Source: an uncultured Thermococci archaeon (GTDB taxonomy: Archaea > CAYQAE01 > CAYVLA01). Taken from it: a DNA stretch of 36,435 nucleotides. The translations under genes were made by a program, and so were the position numbers. The notes under the pieces were generated by a model. That model saw only the letters and a list, made by a program, of their open reading frames with translations. It did no database searches and was not told the origin of the DNA. Positions 27,327 to 36,435 of this stretch are shown piece by piece. Numbering within the stretch: the first letter of the stretch is position 1; each line of letters opens with the position of its first letter. The stretch spans positions 1 to 36,435 of the forward strand of contig CAZJVP010000092.1 of the NCBI GenBank assembly GCA_964549615.1. The letters run 5' to 3'.

Positions 27327-28100
27327 CTATTCCCCCAGCCTAGAAAGCGTGGCCTTGACGACGTCGGCTGCCGCATCGTAGGTCAGCGACTCGAGCCTCA
27401 GGGGTGTGGCCAAGGATCTGGAGAGCCCCTCGGATATGCACGAGCACAGCGGGCAACCTATCTGTCGGCAGGATCTCATGCCTAACGAGCAGAGTTCGGA
27501 GCAGAACGGCGAGGAGATCGAGAAGGTCAACCGCTCTTCGTCGATCTCGACCGATTCTGCTAGGCCCAGCCCCTGAGAGAGGAGAGGAGGGACGAGGGTG
27601 GCAAATCCTCCTGGCTCAAGTTCGTCCAGCTCCACTTCGAGTTCGTCCTCCAACAGAGTGCAGAGTCCATGCCCGGGCGGGGTGATTAGCAGGCCGGCGG
27701 GGCCCGCCGTCCCCGTAAGGAATGTCGGGTCTCCCCGGAGATCGGGTAGGGCAGTATCTTTGGTCGATGCCGGGATGAAGACCCTGGGCTTGCCGACGTG
27801 GCTCTTCGGGAGGTAGATTCCACTACCCTCGATTTGGAGCTCGGTCAGGATGCGATCGAGGTTCTCGAGTCCGGCCGCACAGCTTGAGACGATCGTCTCG
27901 GCCTTGACGTACCTCTCGGTCGACATGGCGGCGGTGTAGATGCCGAGGAAGGTTGCCCCGGCGCCGAGAACCAGAACGGTGTTCTTGGACGTCTCCGCCC
28001 AGCCGAACTCCTCTTCTAGGAAGCCCCATGCCGCATAGGTGGCGAGCAGCGCGATTCCGGTGATGGCGAAGAGGTAGGCGATGATCTTGGCATCTACCAA
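27327..28100 (-). CDS. Membrane-anchored hypothetical protein with Cys-rich V4R-like C-terminus
   Basis: Two N-terminal TMs, GIYLP, GLLITPPGHGL, and C..LC...C.QIGCPLCSCI. Confidence 0.8.
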   Translation of the reverse strand: MVDAKIIAYLFAITGIALLATYAAWGFLEEEFGWAETSKNTVLVLGAGATFLGIYTAAMSTERYVKAETIVSSCAAGLENLDRILTELQIEGSGIYLPKSHVGKPRVFIPASTKDTALPDLRGDPTFLTGTAGPAGLLITPPGHGLCTLLEDELEVELDELEPGGFATLVPPLLSQGLGLAESVEIDEERLTFSISSPFCSELCSLGMRSCRQIGCPLCSCISEGLSRSLATPLRLESLTYDAAADVVKATLSRLGE

Positions 28101-28220
28101 GGGTCATGCCTCCTCGTCTCCCACATGTCCGCTTCCCTCTCCAGGCATCTTCCCCGAACCGATTCTGCGGCCGTTCCACTGGTCGGGAGGAAACCTAGCG
28201 CGATGACGATCGCCTGAGTT

Positions 28221-28234
28221 TCCTTAAAAATTGC
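28221..28234 (-). promoter_or_regulatory. TATA-containing promoter motif upstream of the 28100 gene
   Basis: Minus strand GCAATTTTTAAGGA, identical to 26595-26608. Confidence 0.65.
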
Positions 28235-28944
28235 TCACCGGGCGCGTATCTAGCCCCGCTTGTGGGGTTCCGTTACGTTCCGGCTCGCGCCGAACTTATG
28301 ATTGGAATTGAGCAGCCGCCGCGTTGTCATCGGTCCACGCTTCTTGAGCTGACAATGAGCGACTTGGCATGTACCTCACCGAGTAGGGTTCTCAGAGGCA
28401 GGACCTATCCGAAGGAGCGGAACACAGGCACCCAACACGTAGCTGCCACATTTTCACGGTCTCGGCATCTTAGAGCCCGTGATTGCTATAAATACCATTG
28501 CCCCGGTCGGCGGAGCTGCTCCAGCCTTGGGGTTCCAGCTCATTGCAGCTGGAAGACGATCCACCAAGCTTCGTGGAGCACCCCGCCTTCTCAACCTCTC
28601 ATAGCAACTCCCGCGTGGGTCCAAACAGCCTCTTTGGTCGAGGATGGGCAGGATCAGCGGCAAGATGGCGTGCCTTCTGGTTGTGGATATGGATGTCGAT
28701 CTAGTTCCCGATGACAGTAAATGGCGATGGGAGGGGCGTGCGAGAGCATGGCGCGCTAGGAACCTTGGAACGAGGGCGGGAAGTGACGGACTGCGGGCAT
28801 AAAGCAGGCGTAAGGGCTTCTTCTCACGGCTCGGAATGACGGTGCCGTCTCGTTGTACTCTTAGATGATGGCACCGTAATCCCCATCTCCAGCCCCGGTC
28901 CCGGGCACACTCCGCTTGAGGTCCCATCTGCCTCATGGCGGGAA

Positions 28945-29286
28945 TCAGATACATGAGGAGACTCCGCGCAAGCCACTCCTGGCAAGCCTCTCGAGGGACC
29001 TTGATTTCAGTTGGCCAATGATGCAGTCTAGGACATCCTCGGCAGCCTCCCCAAGCACCAATCTGAGTTGCTTTTCGAAGAGAGCTGGGTCTTGTGTGAG
29101 ATCACATCCCGCCCATCTCATCAGAATCGATTTGATGGGGCGTCCTAGCACCTCGTCCAGGATCTCATCGGCCACGCGCGAGAACTCAGCCTTCGTTGCC
29201 CACTCCTCCACCTGCGCCACAAACGAAGTCCAGCTCTCCTCCTTGAGCACGGCAGCCCGATCCCGAGAAACCTGTTTAGGTTTCAT
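28945..29286 (-). CDS. Small helical hypothetical protein (DUF3227/NitrOD5-like) downstream of a kinase
   Basis: RBS-like GAGGTGA upstream; DEILDEVLG...DPALFEKQLRLVLGEAAEDVLDCII pattern. Confidence 0.6.
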   Translation of the reverse strand: MKPKQVSRDRAAVLKEESWTSFVAQVEEWATKAEFSRVADEILDEVLGRPIKSILMRWAGCDLTQDPALFEKQLRLVLGEAAEDVLDCIIGQLKSRSLERLARSGLRGVSSCI

Positions 29287-29335
29287 CCTGGATCACCTCT
29301 GTGCCTACTTCGTCTCATGGCCCCGCATGATTTTC

Positions 29336-31261
29336 CTAAGATGTCACACTACTTGACGGGTCCGCCCCCGAAGATGGCAGCCTGACTACTATGGTGGTGC
29401 CTTCTCCCTTCTTGCTCTGCGCGAGGATGGTTCCACCATGCGCGGTGACGAGCCTCTTGCACACCGCCAGCCCCAGCCCTTGGCCATCAGGTTTGGTAGT
29501 TTGAAACGGCTTGAAGAGGCTGCCCAGTTGGTCCTCGGGAATGCCCACCCCCGTATCCTTGACGCTGATCAGGCCGAAGCCGTCTTCGGCCCTAAGGTCT
29601 ATCTCCAGCCGGCCTCCCTCGGGGATGGCTTGCAGAGCATTGGTGGCCAGATTCGTCAAGACCCGCCGCATCATAGCCGGGTCAGCCCTTATGGTTGGAA
29701 GACCGTCTTGGGCGGACACTTTCACCGTTACGTTTGCCGGAATGCTAAGCGTGGCGAGGACCTCTCTCACGAGCGCACCGATATCCAGCGCGACTGCGTC
29801 GGGCTTAGGAGCGCGGCTGAGGTCCCGGAGGTCGGCGATTATCCTGCTCATGTAGTCTGCCTGGGTCCGGATCGTCTCGAAGGCTCGTCGAATCTCGTTG
29901 TCGACAGCTTGATCCCTGACTTTGATTTGCTTGAGCCTACTCTCTGCGAGGTATACTGCGTTGACTATCATCTGGAGGGGATTCCTTAGATCGTGCCCGA
30001 CCATTGCAGCAATCTTGCCTATGGTTGCCATGTTTTCCGCCTCCAAAAGTGCGGCGGTCTTCTCCTTCACCACCTCCTCCAGATGCTGAGAGTATCGTGC
30101 GATCTCGTCCTGTATGCGCTTGCGTTCGGTGATATCCCTGTCGATTCCCCGGTAGCCTAGGAACGTGCCGTTAACACCGAAAGCCGGAACCCCGCTCGTC
30201 TCCAAGACGCGTAGTTGGCCGTCCTTGCGTAGGCTCACCCTTTCCAACGCGGTGAAGGGCCGTCTCTCACCGGCTATCTTCTGGCAAATCGCCTTGACAC
30301 GCTTGGCTTCATCGGGCGGCATGAGGTCAAAAGGCGTTTTGCCGACGACCTCGGAAGGGAGATAGCCGAGGAGATCCTTGATCTTGGGGCTGACGTACGT
30401 GTACCTACAGGCAGCATCGACCTCCCAGATGATATCGCTCGATGCTTCGACGAGGTTGCGGAATCGCTGTTCGCTTGCACGTAGTGCCTCCAGCGCCTTG
30501 TTTCGCTTCGCCACCTCTCGCGCGATGCCGAGGACCACCGGCCTACCCTTAATCATGGTTGGGAAGGTCCTGATCTCGACCCTGACGCGGGTCCCATCCT
30601 TCCGTTTTAGTGTGAGCTCGTCAGGCCCCGTTGGCCGGTGCAAACGGCTCATCGCCAGAAGCGCTGCCGCCTTGGGGATCTCGCTTGCCTCGAGTAGCCC
30701 CATCTTCAGGAAGTTCCTGCCGATCAGTTCGTCCCGGCTGTAACCCGTGATCTCCTCGGCCGCCTTGTTCCCGTCAAGGAAGTTGCCGTTCATGTCGTTT
30801 AGGTAGTAGCCATCCGGGGCGTACTCGAAGATGACCCTCAGCCTCTCCTCCGAGTCCCTCAGCTGCTCCTCGCGTCTTCTGTTCTCTGAGATATCCAGGA
30901 CGCCGACAACGGTTCCGACGTAGTTACCGGCCTCATCCAAGATCGGGCATGCGGCAATGAGGGCATGGATGCGGGCTCCATCCTTTCGCAGGAACTCGAA
31001 CTCGTGCCTTTTCAGGTCTTCTCGGACAGAACCCAGTTGGTCCTTGAAGTCAGCTCCCCGTCCATCCACGAAAGAGACAAAATGCTTTCCGAGCATCTCC
31101 TCCTCCGTGTATCCGAGGATCTTGGCCATAGGGGGGTTGACGAAGGCGGTCAGTGAGTCCTTGTCTAGGATCCATATGCCTATGTCGAGGTTTTCAAAGA
31201 TCTTGCGGTACCTCTGCTCGGCGTCCCGAAGATCCGTCCAAACGCTTGGGGATGCGGTCAT
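29336..31261 (-). CDS. Cytoplasmic multi-PAS sensor histidine kinase
   Basis: Three PAS/PAC units, GHDLRNPLQ, NLATNALQA, DTGVGI, FQTTK, GLGL. Confidence 0.95.
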   Translation of the reverse strand: MTASPSVWTDLRDAEQRYRKIFENLDIGIWILDKDSLTAFVNPPMAKILGYTEEEMLGKHFVSFVDGRGADFKDQLGSVREDLKRHEFEFLRKDGARIHALIAACPILDEAGNYVGTVVGVLDISENRRREEQLRDSEERLRVIFEYAPDGYYLNDMNGNFLDGNKAAEEITGYSRDELIGRNFLKMGLLEASEIPKAAALLAMSRLHRPTGPDELTLKRKDGTRVRVEIRTFPTMIKGRPVVLGIAREVAKRNKALEALRASEQRFRNLVEASSDIIWEVDAACRYTYVSPKIKDLLGYLPSEVVGKTPFDLMPPDEAKRVKAICQKIAGERRPFTALERVSLRKDGQLRVLETSGVPAFGVNGTFLGYRGIDRDITERKRIQDEIARYSQHLEEVVKEKTAALLEAENMATIGKIAAMVGHDLRNPLQMIVNAVYLAESRLKQIKVRDQAVDNEIRRAFETIRTQADYMSRIIADLRDLSRAPKPDAVALDIGALVREVLATLSIPANVTVKVSAQDGLPTIRADPAMMRRVLTNLATNALQAIPEGGRLEIDLRAEDGFGLISVKDTGVGIPEDQLGSLFKPFQTTKPDGQGLGLAVCKRLVTAHGGTILAQSKKGEGTTIVVRLPSSGADPSSSVTS

Positions 31262-31350
31262 GCATGGGTCCCTGTCTGAATGCCCGTGATGCGCCTGCTG
31301 GCGAGGAGCTATCCGCCGATCCCAGGTTGATCAGCAGTCGCTAGATTGCC

Positions 31351-31420
31351 TAATAATTATTACGGGTCAGTCTTGCGATATTGCAGAGATATCGACAACA
31401 ATGCTGAATAATAATGAAAA
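31351..31420. promoter_or_regulatory. Divergent promoter region between two kinases, with palindromes
   Basis: TAATAATTATTA (31351-31362), CGATAT-N7-ATATCG (31376-31394), and an AT-rich tract near 31407-31420. Confidence 0.5.
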
Positions 31421-31520
31421 GTCCCCGGAGATTGCGACGTTCGCAGCCCCAGCGGCCCACTCCGACCCTACATTATAGCACGCTCCATGCCCTCAGAGCC
31501 AGAAAGGTGCTGGCCATGCG

Positions 31521-34406
31521 ATGGGGTTAGGCATGCTCGTCACGGGAAGTTCTTTCATACTCCTCCTCGCTGTCGCTTCCACCCTCTCGGCCGTTATTGG
31601 GTACTTCGCCTGGCTGCGCCGCCCAGCTGCTGGCACGGTCGCTCTTGCCCTCCTCATGGCAGGCATCGCCGAATGGTCATTCCTGTACGCACTGGAGCTG
31701 GCCAGCACTAGCCTCGATGTCATGATTCTACTCGCCAAATTGCAGTACGTGGGGATCGTGATCGTGCCGGTCCTATGGGTGGTGTTCGCTCTGAGCTACT
31801 CTGGGCTCTCTGGCTGGCTCACGCGGAGCAACCTGGCCTTAATGTGCTCGGAGCCCATGCTTGTACTCTTGTTGGTATGGACCAATGAGTCCCACGGACT
31901 GGTCTGGCGCAATATGAGGCTTGAGGTACACGGTTCACTTGCAGTGTTCGCAAAGTCCTATGGGCCAGGTTTTCTGGTACATGCGAGCTACTCGTACGTG
32001 CTCATGGTGATTGGGTCTTTGGTCCTTCTGCACTCCATCATACATCTGCCCAAGATGTACCGCGGCCAAATTGGGCTTCTCGTCGTGGGTGCATTTGCTC
32101 CGCTGCTTGGTAATGCCGTGACGATCACCGGCATCAGTCCCCTTCCGTATCTCGACCTGACTCCTCCGGGGTTCGCGATCGCCGGATTGGCAGCGGGGTG
32201 GAGTCTGTTCCGGTACAGGCTCTTCGACATAGCCCCGGTGGCTAGGGATGCAATCTTCGAGAACATGGATGACATAGTGCTTGTCTTGGATTCCCAGGAT
32301 CGGATCGTGGATGCGAATCCCGCTGCCCGAAGGGTCCCCACCCTAGGCGACCTCGCTTCTATCGGACGACCATTGGCGGAAGTGTTGCGCTCTCTCAGTC
32401 CTGACTTGAGCGATCCGCTGAGGGCCTTGCGTCATTGCGTCAAGGGTCGGGAGTACGATGTCCGGGTCTCGCCACTACACGATAGTCGAGGCGAACAGAC
32501 CGGGAGACTGCTCGTGCTCAGGGACATCACCGATCTGGTCCAGGCGCGCGACAAACTTGCTGAGATCAACGAACAGCTTGAGACTATGGTGACGGAGAGG
32601 ACCCGGGACCTAGTGGAAGCCAACCAGGCGCTCAGAGAAGAGGTGGCGAGGAGGACAGAGTCGGAGCAGGAACTGCGGAGCTCGGAGGAGAAGACAAGCG
32701 CGATAATCGAGGCATCGCCGGACTGCATCATCGTTGTCGATCCATCGCTGTCCGTGGTACAGTGCAACCAGGCAACGATTGAGATGCACAGATTCTCGTC
32801 AAAGGATGAAATCATCGGAAAGAGCGCATTGGTGTTTTTCTCCCGGAGGGAAGCGCCGCGCGCGATGGAGGCTCTGGCAACGATGCTTGCCACGGGAAGT
32901 CTGAGGAACCATGAGTTCATGCTCGTCACAAAGGATGGGCGAGAGTTCCCAGGGGAGATCTCGGCCAAGGTGGTCTCGGACGCGTCCGGAAAACCCCTGT
33001 ATTTCGTTCTCATTTCGAAGGATATCAGCAGTAGGAAGAGGACCGAGGAGCTCTTGAAGCGCAGGTTGAGGTTCCAGGAAGTGGTCACGGCGGTTTCCTC
33101 ACGCTTCGTGTGTCCGACCGACTTCGATGAGGCGATTCTGGCATCGCTGAGGGACATAGGCTTGTTCAGCGGAGCCAATAGGAGCTACCTTTTCCTTCTC
33201 AAGCCAGGGGGGTACATGGACAACACGCACGAGTGGTGCGCAGAAGGCGTTGAGCCCCAGAAGGACATGTTGCAGGACTTGCCGAGCGACTCCTTCCCGT
33301 GGTGGATGGCCAGACTGCAGGAGGGGCAGCCGTTATGCATTCCCGACGTCTCTCAGCTCCCACCCGAGGCAAGCAAAGAAAGGGAGATCCTAGAGAGCCA
33401 GGACATCAAGTCGGTCTTGGTCTTGCCCGTGAAGATCAAGGGTGCCTTGGCGGGCTTCCTGGGTTTCGATGATGTGGAAGGGTTAAGGGAATGGGATGAT
33501 CACGATATCGCCATCCTTCGAACGACTTGTGAAATCATCGGCACCGCGTTGGAGCGCAAACTGGCCGAGGAGGAGCTGAGGCGCTACTCCGAGCATCTGG
33601 AGGAAATGGTCGAAGAGAAGTCAAGACGATTGAGGGAGGTGGAACGCCTAGCGGCGATCGGGGAAACTGCCGCGATGGTGGGCCATGATCTGCGCAACCC
33701 TCTCCAAGCTATGATGAACAATCTGTACTTAGCCAAGAAGGCGGTCGATTCAATCGACGATGAAGAAGCGGCGGAAGTTCATGTTGGGCGTCTCTTGGAT
33801 GCCATGCGGGAGCAGGTGAAGTACCTGGACAAGATCGTTTCGGACCTGCAGGATTGCGCCAGTGTGGTCGAGCCGCAGCGAGTCGCTGTCGATGTGGGGT
33901 CGATGCTAGGCGACGTCCTGTCGGAGATCGCCATTCCCAGGGACATAAGGCTCTCGGTTGCCGTCGAGGAAGGCACGGCCATGTGGGCCGATCCAGCGAT
34001 GATGAAGCGAGTCTTGACGAATCTAGTTTTGAACGCGATACAGGCAATGCCCAAGGGGGGCTGCCTAAACGTATCGTGCGGGAGGGAGGGCAGATACACC
34101 GTGATCAGCGTGGCCGACACGGGCATCGGGATTCCCGAAGAATATTTGGGCAAGATATTCGACCCGCTCTTCACGACGAAACCCCAAGGGCAGGGCCTCG
34201 GCCTAGTGGTCTGCAAACGGCTCGTTGAGATCCACGGCGGGGCGATCACGGTGACGAGCAGGGTGGGAGAAGGCTCGGTCTTCAGTGTCAAGATACCCGC
34301 ATGCAGCGAAGAGGCAGCCAAGGGGAGAGCCGAGGAGCGGGAACGGAACGCTCATCAGGGCGCGGGAACTGAGCATGCACGGCGATCGTCCGTGAGGGTT
34401 GCTTGA
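31521..34406 (+). CDS. HisKA_7TM-PAS-PAS-GAF sensor histidine kinase
   Basis: Seven-TM N-terminus (LVWTNESHGLVW, DLTP, RYRLFDIAPVARD), two PAS, GAF (NRSYLF, NTHEWCAEG, GFLGFD), GHDLRNPLQ and HATPase motifs. Confidence 0.95.
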   Translation: MGLGMLVTGSSFILLLAVASTLSAVIGYFAWLRRPAAGTVALALLMAGIAEWSFLYALELASTSLDVMILLAKLQYVGIVIVPVLWVVFALSYSGLSGWLTRSNLALMCSEPMLVLLLVWTNESHGLVWRNMRLEVHGSLAVFAKSYGPGFLVHASYSYVLMVIGSLVLLHSIIHLPKMYRGQIGLLVVGAFAPLLGNAVTITGISPLPYLDLTPPGFAIAGLAAGWSLFRYRLFDIAPVARDAIFENMDDIVLVLDSQDRIVDANPAARRVPTLGDLASIGRPLAEVLRSLSPDLSDPLRALRHCVKGREYDVRVSPLHDSRGEQTGRLLVLRDITDLVQARDKLAEINEQLETMVTERTRDLVEANQALREEVARRTESEQELRSSEEKTSAIIEASPDCIIVVDPSLSVVQCNQATIEMHRFSSKDEIIGKSALVFFSRREAPRAMEALATMLATGSLRNHEFMLVTKDGREFPGEISAKVVSDASGKPLYFVLISKDISSRKRTEELLKRRLRFQEVVTAVSSRFVCPTDFDEAILASLRDIGLFSGANRSYLFLLKPGGYMDNTHEWCAEGVEPQKDMLQDLPSDSFPWWMARLQEGQPLCIPDVSQLPPEASKEREILESQDIKSVLVLPVKIKGALAGFLGFDDVEGLREWDDHDIAILRTTCEIIGTALERKLAEEELRRYSEHLEEMVEEKSRRLREVERLAAIGETAAMVGHDLRNPLQAMMNNLYLAKKAVDSIDDEEAAEVHVGRLLDAMREQVKYLDKIVSDLQDCASVVEPQRVAVDVGSMLGDVLSEIAIPRDIRLSVAVEEGTAMWADPAMMKRVLTNLVLNAIQAMPKGGCLNVSCGREGRYTVISVADTGIGIPEEYLGKIFDPLFTTKPQGQGLGLVVCKRLVEIHGGAITVTSRVGEGSVFSVKIPACSEEAAKGRAEERERNAHQGAGTEHARRSSVRVA

Positions 34407-34651
34407 CGAAGCGACAGCAAAGGATTCCGCGCGTGAGCGGCGCAAAGCTTGGCCGATCTTGAGTTGGTTGCTGGTCCATTATCGCTAGGAGGAGGGCCCT
34501 CAATGCGGATTTGGGAGCGTGGAATCGAGGTTTGATTGACGTATTCTGGGGCATCTCGTTGGCGGTGGCAATCGCGTCTAGCGAACCCGGACCGGGCGGG
34601 ACGCATCCTTAACCTGGGGCCTCGCATCCTTTTGCGATGCCGGACATAGCA

Positions 34652-35107
34652 TCAAACAGTACGCTCCTCGGCCATCAGGTACTTCGTCAAGGACTGGATC
34701 TGGTACAATCCTTGGAGCTTTTTGACGAAGTCGTCGATTTCCTTGATGCCCTTGAACATTGCTTTTATGACGATGATCGTGCCGTTCTCGGCCGAACCTG
34801 CATACTGGATGACCATCCCCGGGATCTGCTCTGCCAGGACGGCATCTGCCGGGGAAATGTACTTCAATACCTTTGAGTAGAGTGGCCCTCCGATCTTCGC
34901 AACCATGACTGCGTTGATGTTGTACCCCAAGTTCCTGTAGTTGATTGTGTATCCCTTAGTTTCCACGATTCCCATATGTTTCAAGCGCTCGATGCGGTAG
35001 TAGACGAAGCTAAGGGGCCGTTTCAGGGTCTGGGATATCTCCTTGGCCGATAGGCCTCGAGATATGAACTGGACGAGTTGGTCATCCAGCTTGGTGAGGG
35101 CGGGCAT
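34652..35107 (-). CDS. Lrp/AsnC family transcriptional regulator
   Basis: LTKLDDQLV...SAKEISQTL...VYYRIERLKHMGIV...INYRNLGY, followed by a RAM-like C-terminus. Confidence 0.85.
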   Translation of the reverse strand: MPALTKLDDQLVQFISRGLSAKEISQTLKRPLSFVYYRIERLKHMGIVETKGYTINYRNLGYNINAVMVAKIGGPLYSKVLKYISPADAVLAEQIPGMVIQYAGSAENGTIIVIKAMFKGIKEIDDFVKKLQGLYQIQSLTKYLMAEERTV

Positions 35108-35230
35108 ATACGGCACCGGACCATTCTTTGGCGGCTCGATCCTAAACTATTGCTTGGCAATCCCGCACAGGTCGACAAGGATCGCAGTAGGTCCCTAGTC
35201 GAGACGGGCGCCGAGAGTCCTCCTTCGGCA

Positions 35231-35677
35231 TCACCTGCTCTGCAGTTTCCGTATGCGGCTCTGGATCCATCTTCGGGCCTGTTCCTGACCCATCTCCTCT
35301 GCCTCGGCTTGCTCGCGGAGTTTGTCGGCTATAACCCTGAGGAGCTCTTCCGGGTTCACGGGCTTCATGAGGTAAGCGTCAGCGCCCAGGTTTAGTGCCC
35401 TGACAGCGTTCTCAAGACTTGCGTGCCCTGTGATCATGATCTTGATCATCCTCGGGATATCCTCGTGCAACTTGGTCAGAAGCTCGGTCCCCTCCATGTC
35501 TGGGAGCTTGATATCCAACAGAGCAATGTTGTAGTACTTCTTCCTGCTTCTCTGGATGGCTTCCAGGCCAGTCTCAGCCGTATCCACATCGTATCCTTCG
35601 GATTTGAGGATCTCCTCGAAGCTCTTGAGGATTGCCCTGTCATCGTCCACGACCAAGATAGCTGTACCCATCCTCAT
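35231..35677 (-). CDS. Stand-alone response regulator receiver with short helical tail
   Basis: ILVVDDD, ALLDIKLPDMEG (phospho-Asp present), ITG, GADAYLMKP. Confidence 0.95.
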   Translation of the reverse strand: MRMGTAILVVDDDRAILKSFEEILKSEGYDVDTAETGLEAIQRSRKKYYNIALLDIKLPDMEGTELLTKLHEDIPRMIKIMITGHASLENAVRALNLGADAYLMKPVNPEELLRVIADKLREQAEAEEMGQEQARRWIQSRIRKLQSR

Positions 35678-36120
35678 CGACTACTCCGCGCGGGATCCTG
35701 GGACCGTTCTTGCCAAGGTTGATGGCAGTGGTCCAGGGCAATGATGCATTGCTAGGAATACGACCGAGGTTGAAAAGTCCTTCGTATGGCTGGTGACTAG
35801 TCCCGCGAGACTCCCAACAATGAAGCACCGGCGCTTAGCTTGTGCGCCGACTGGGAGAAATTCCATGTGCCCTCTGTAGATAATCTTGTTGAATATCGCG
35901 AATATTCTCCGCCGCTCGAGAGCTCTGCCATCTTGCAGCCCAAGGGCCGTCCTCTGTGGCATTCTGCTTGCTCTGGCAAGGGACCCTGCGGGTCGACGAG
36001 GAAGCACCCATCGTCTTCGGAATCGTGAACGCCTGTGTGGATTCGGGGATAATGCTTGGACGGGCGTGCCGTCGGGGCTCCGCACATGGAAGTCCCACCT
36101 CCGGCGTGCCTCTGGAGGAG

Positions 36121-36435
36121 TCAGGGGAGATCCCGGAGGTTGCGCTTTAGCAGGGCGAACTCCCCCGAAGTGAAGGCTCTTGGGGAAGATACAACCAAGA
36201 GAATCGAGTTCGTCGACGCGACAGCATCGACAGCGTCGGACAGCCATCGAATAACCGGTCCAAAGCCGTTGTTTGTCACGAGGTACTCCAGTCCGTCGAT
36301 GAGTACCGCCTTCGGCACATCTTGCTCCCTGAGAAAGGAATCGACAATCTGGCCGACAACGCCGATGCTTGACGATCGGGTGGATCTAGGGTCATCCCTG
36401 CTCGTCGATAGCCAAACGAGGGTAATGTTCGGAAA
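36121..36435 (-). CDS. DUF835 domain protein, C-terminal part; runs off the window end
   Basis: LVWLS...FL...AVLIDGLEYLVTNNGFGPVIRWL...D.V.....LLVV..P.AF...EFALL. Confidence 0.88.
   Translation of the reverse strand, partial: FPNITLVWLSTSRDDPRSTRSSSIGVVGQIVDSFLREQDVPKAVLIDGLEYLVTNNGFGPVIRWLSDAVDAVASTNSILLVVSSPRAFTSGEFALLKRNLRDLP

Noticed and set aside
1-36435. tRNA or rRNA genes
   Set aside because: No cloverleaf with T-loop and acceptor stem, and no rRNA-like conserved sequence, was recognised.

Overview
This is a GC-rich (about 60% by eye) archaeal chromosomal window. TATA-box promoters, stand-alone receiver domains, three paralogous GHDLRNPLQ-type histidine kinases and DUF835 suggest Bathyarchaeia or a related lineage; that taxonomy is inference. 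In order, the window holds a partial GH78 alpha-L-rhamnosidase, a low-GC small basic protein behind a palindromic operator, and a PAS kinase. A decayed patch follows: a trypsin-like protease pseudogene fused to an ATPase 5' remnant, and a vapBC pair with a broken antitoxin. Next come a GT4-GT4-methyltransferase-GT-C glycosylation operon and a membrane-anchored 14-aa-repeat protein. The most notable feature is an intact 1848-bp insertion sequence (14864-16711) with 25-bp imperfect terminal inverted repeats and a 9-bp target duplication. It encodes a Zn-ribbon/HTH/DDE transposase of unclear family, preceded by a small Cas2/VapD-fold-like gene whose promoter carries a perfect palindrome, and it sits about 10 bp upstream of a host TATA box. 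The rest is an RHH-hypothetical-transaldolase cluster, an Asp-less receiver, a MoxR/DUF58/DUF4350/Ig-like operon, and a signalling cluster (two kinases, Lrp, receiver, DUF835). No rRNA, tRNA or CRISPR array was seen. All family calls come from motif recognition by eye, not database searches.
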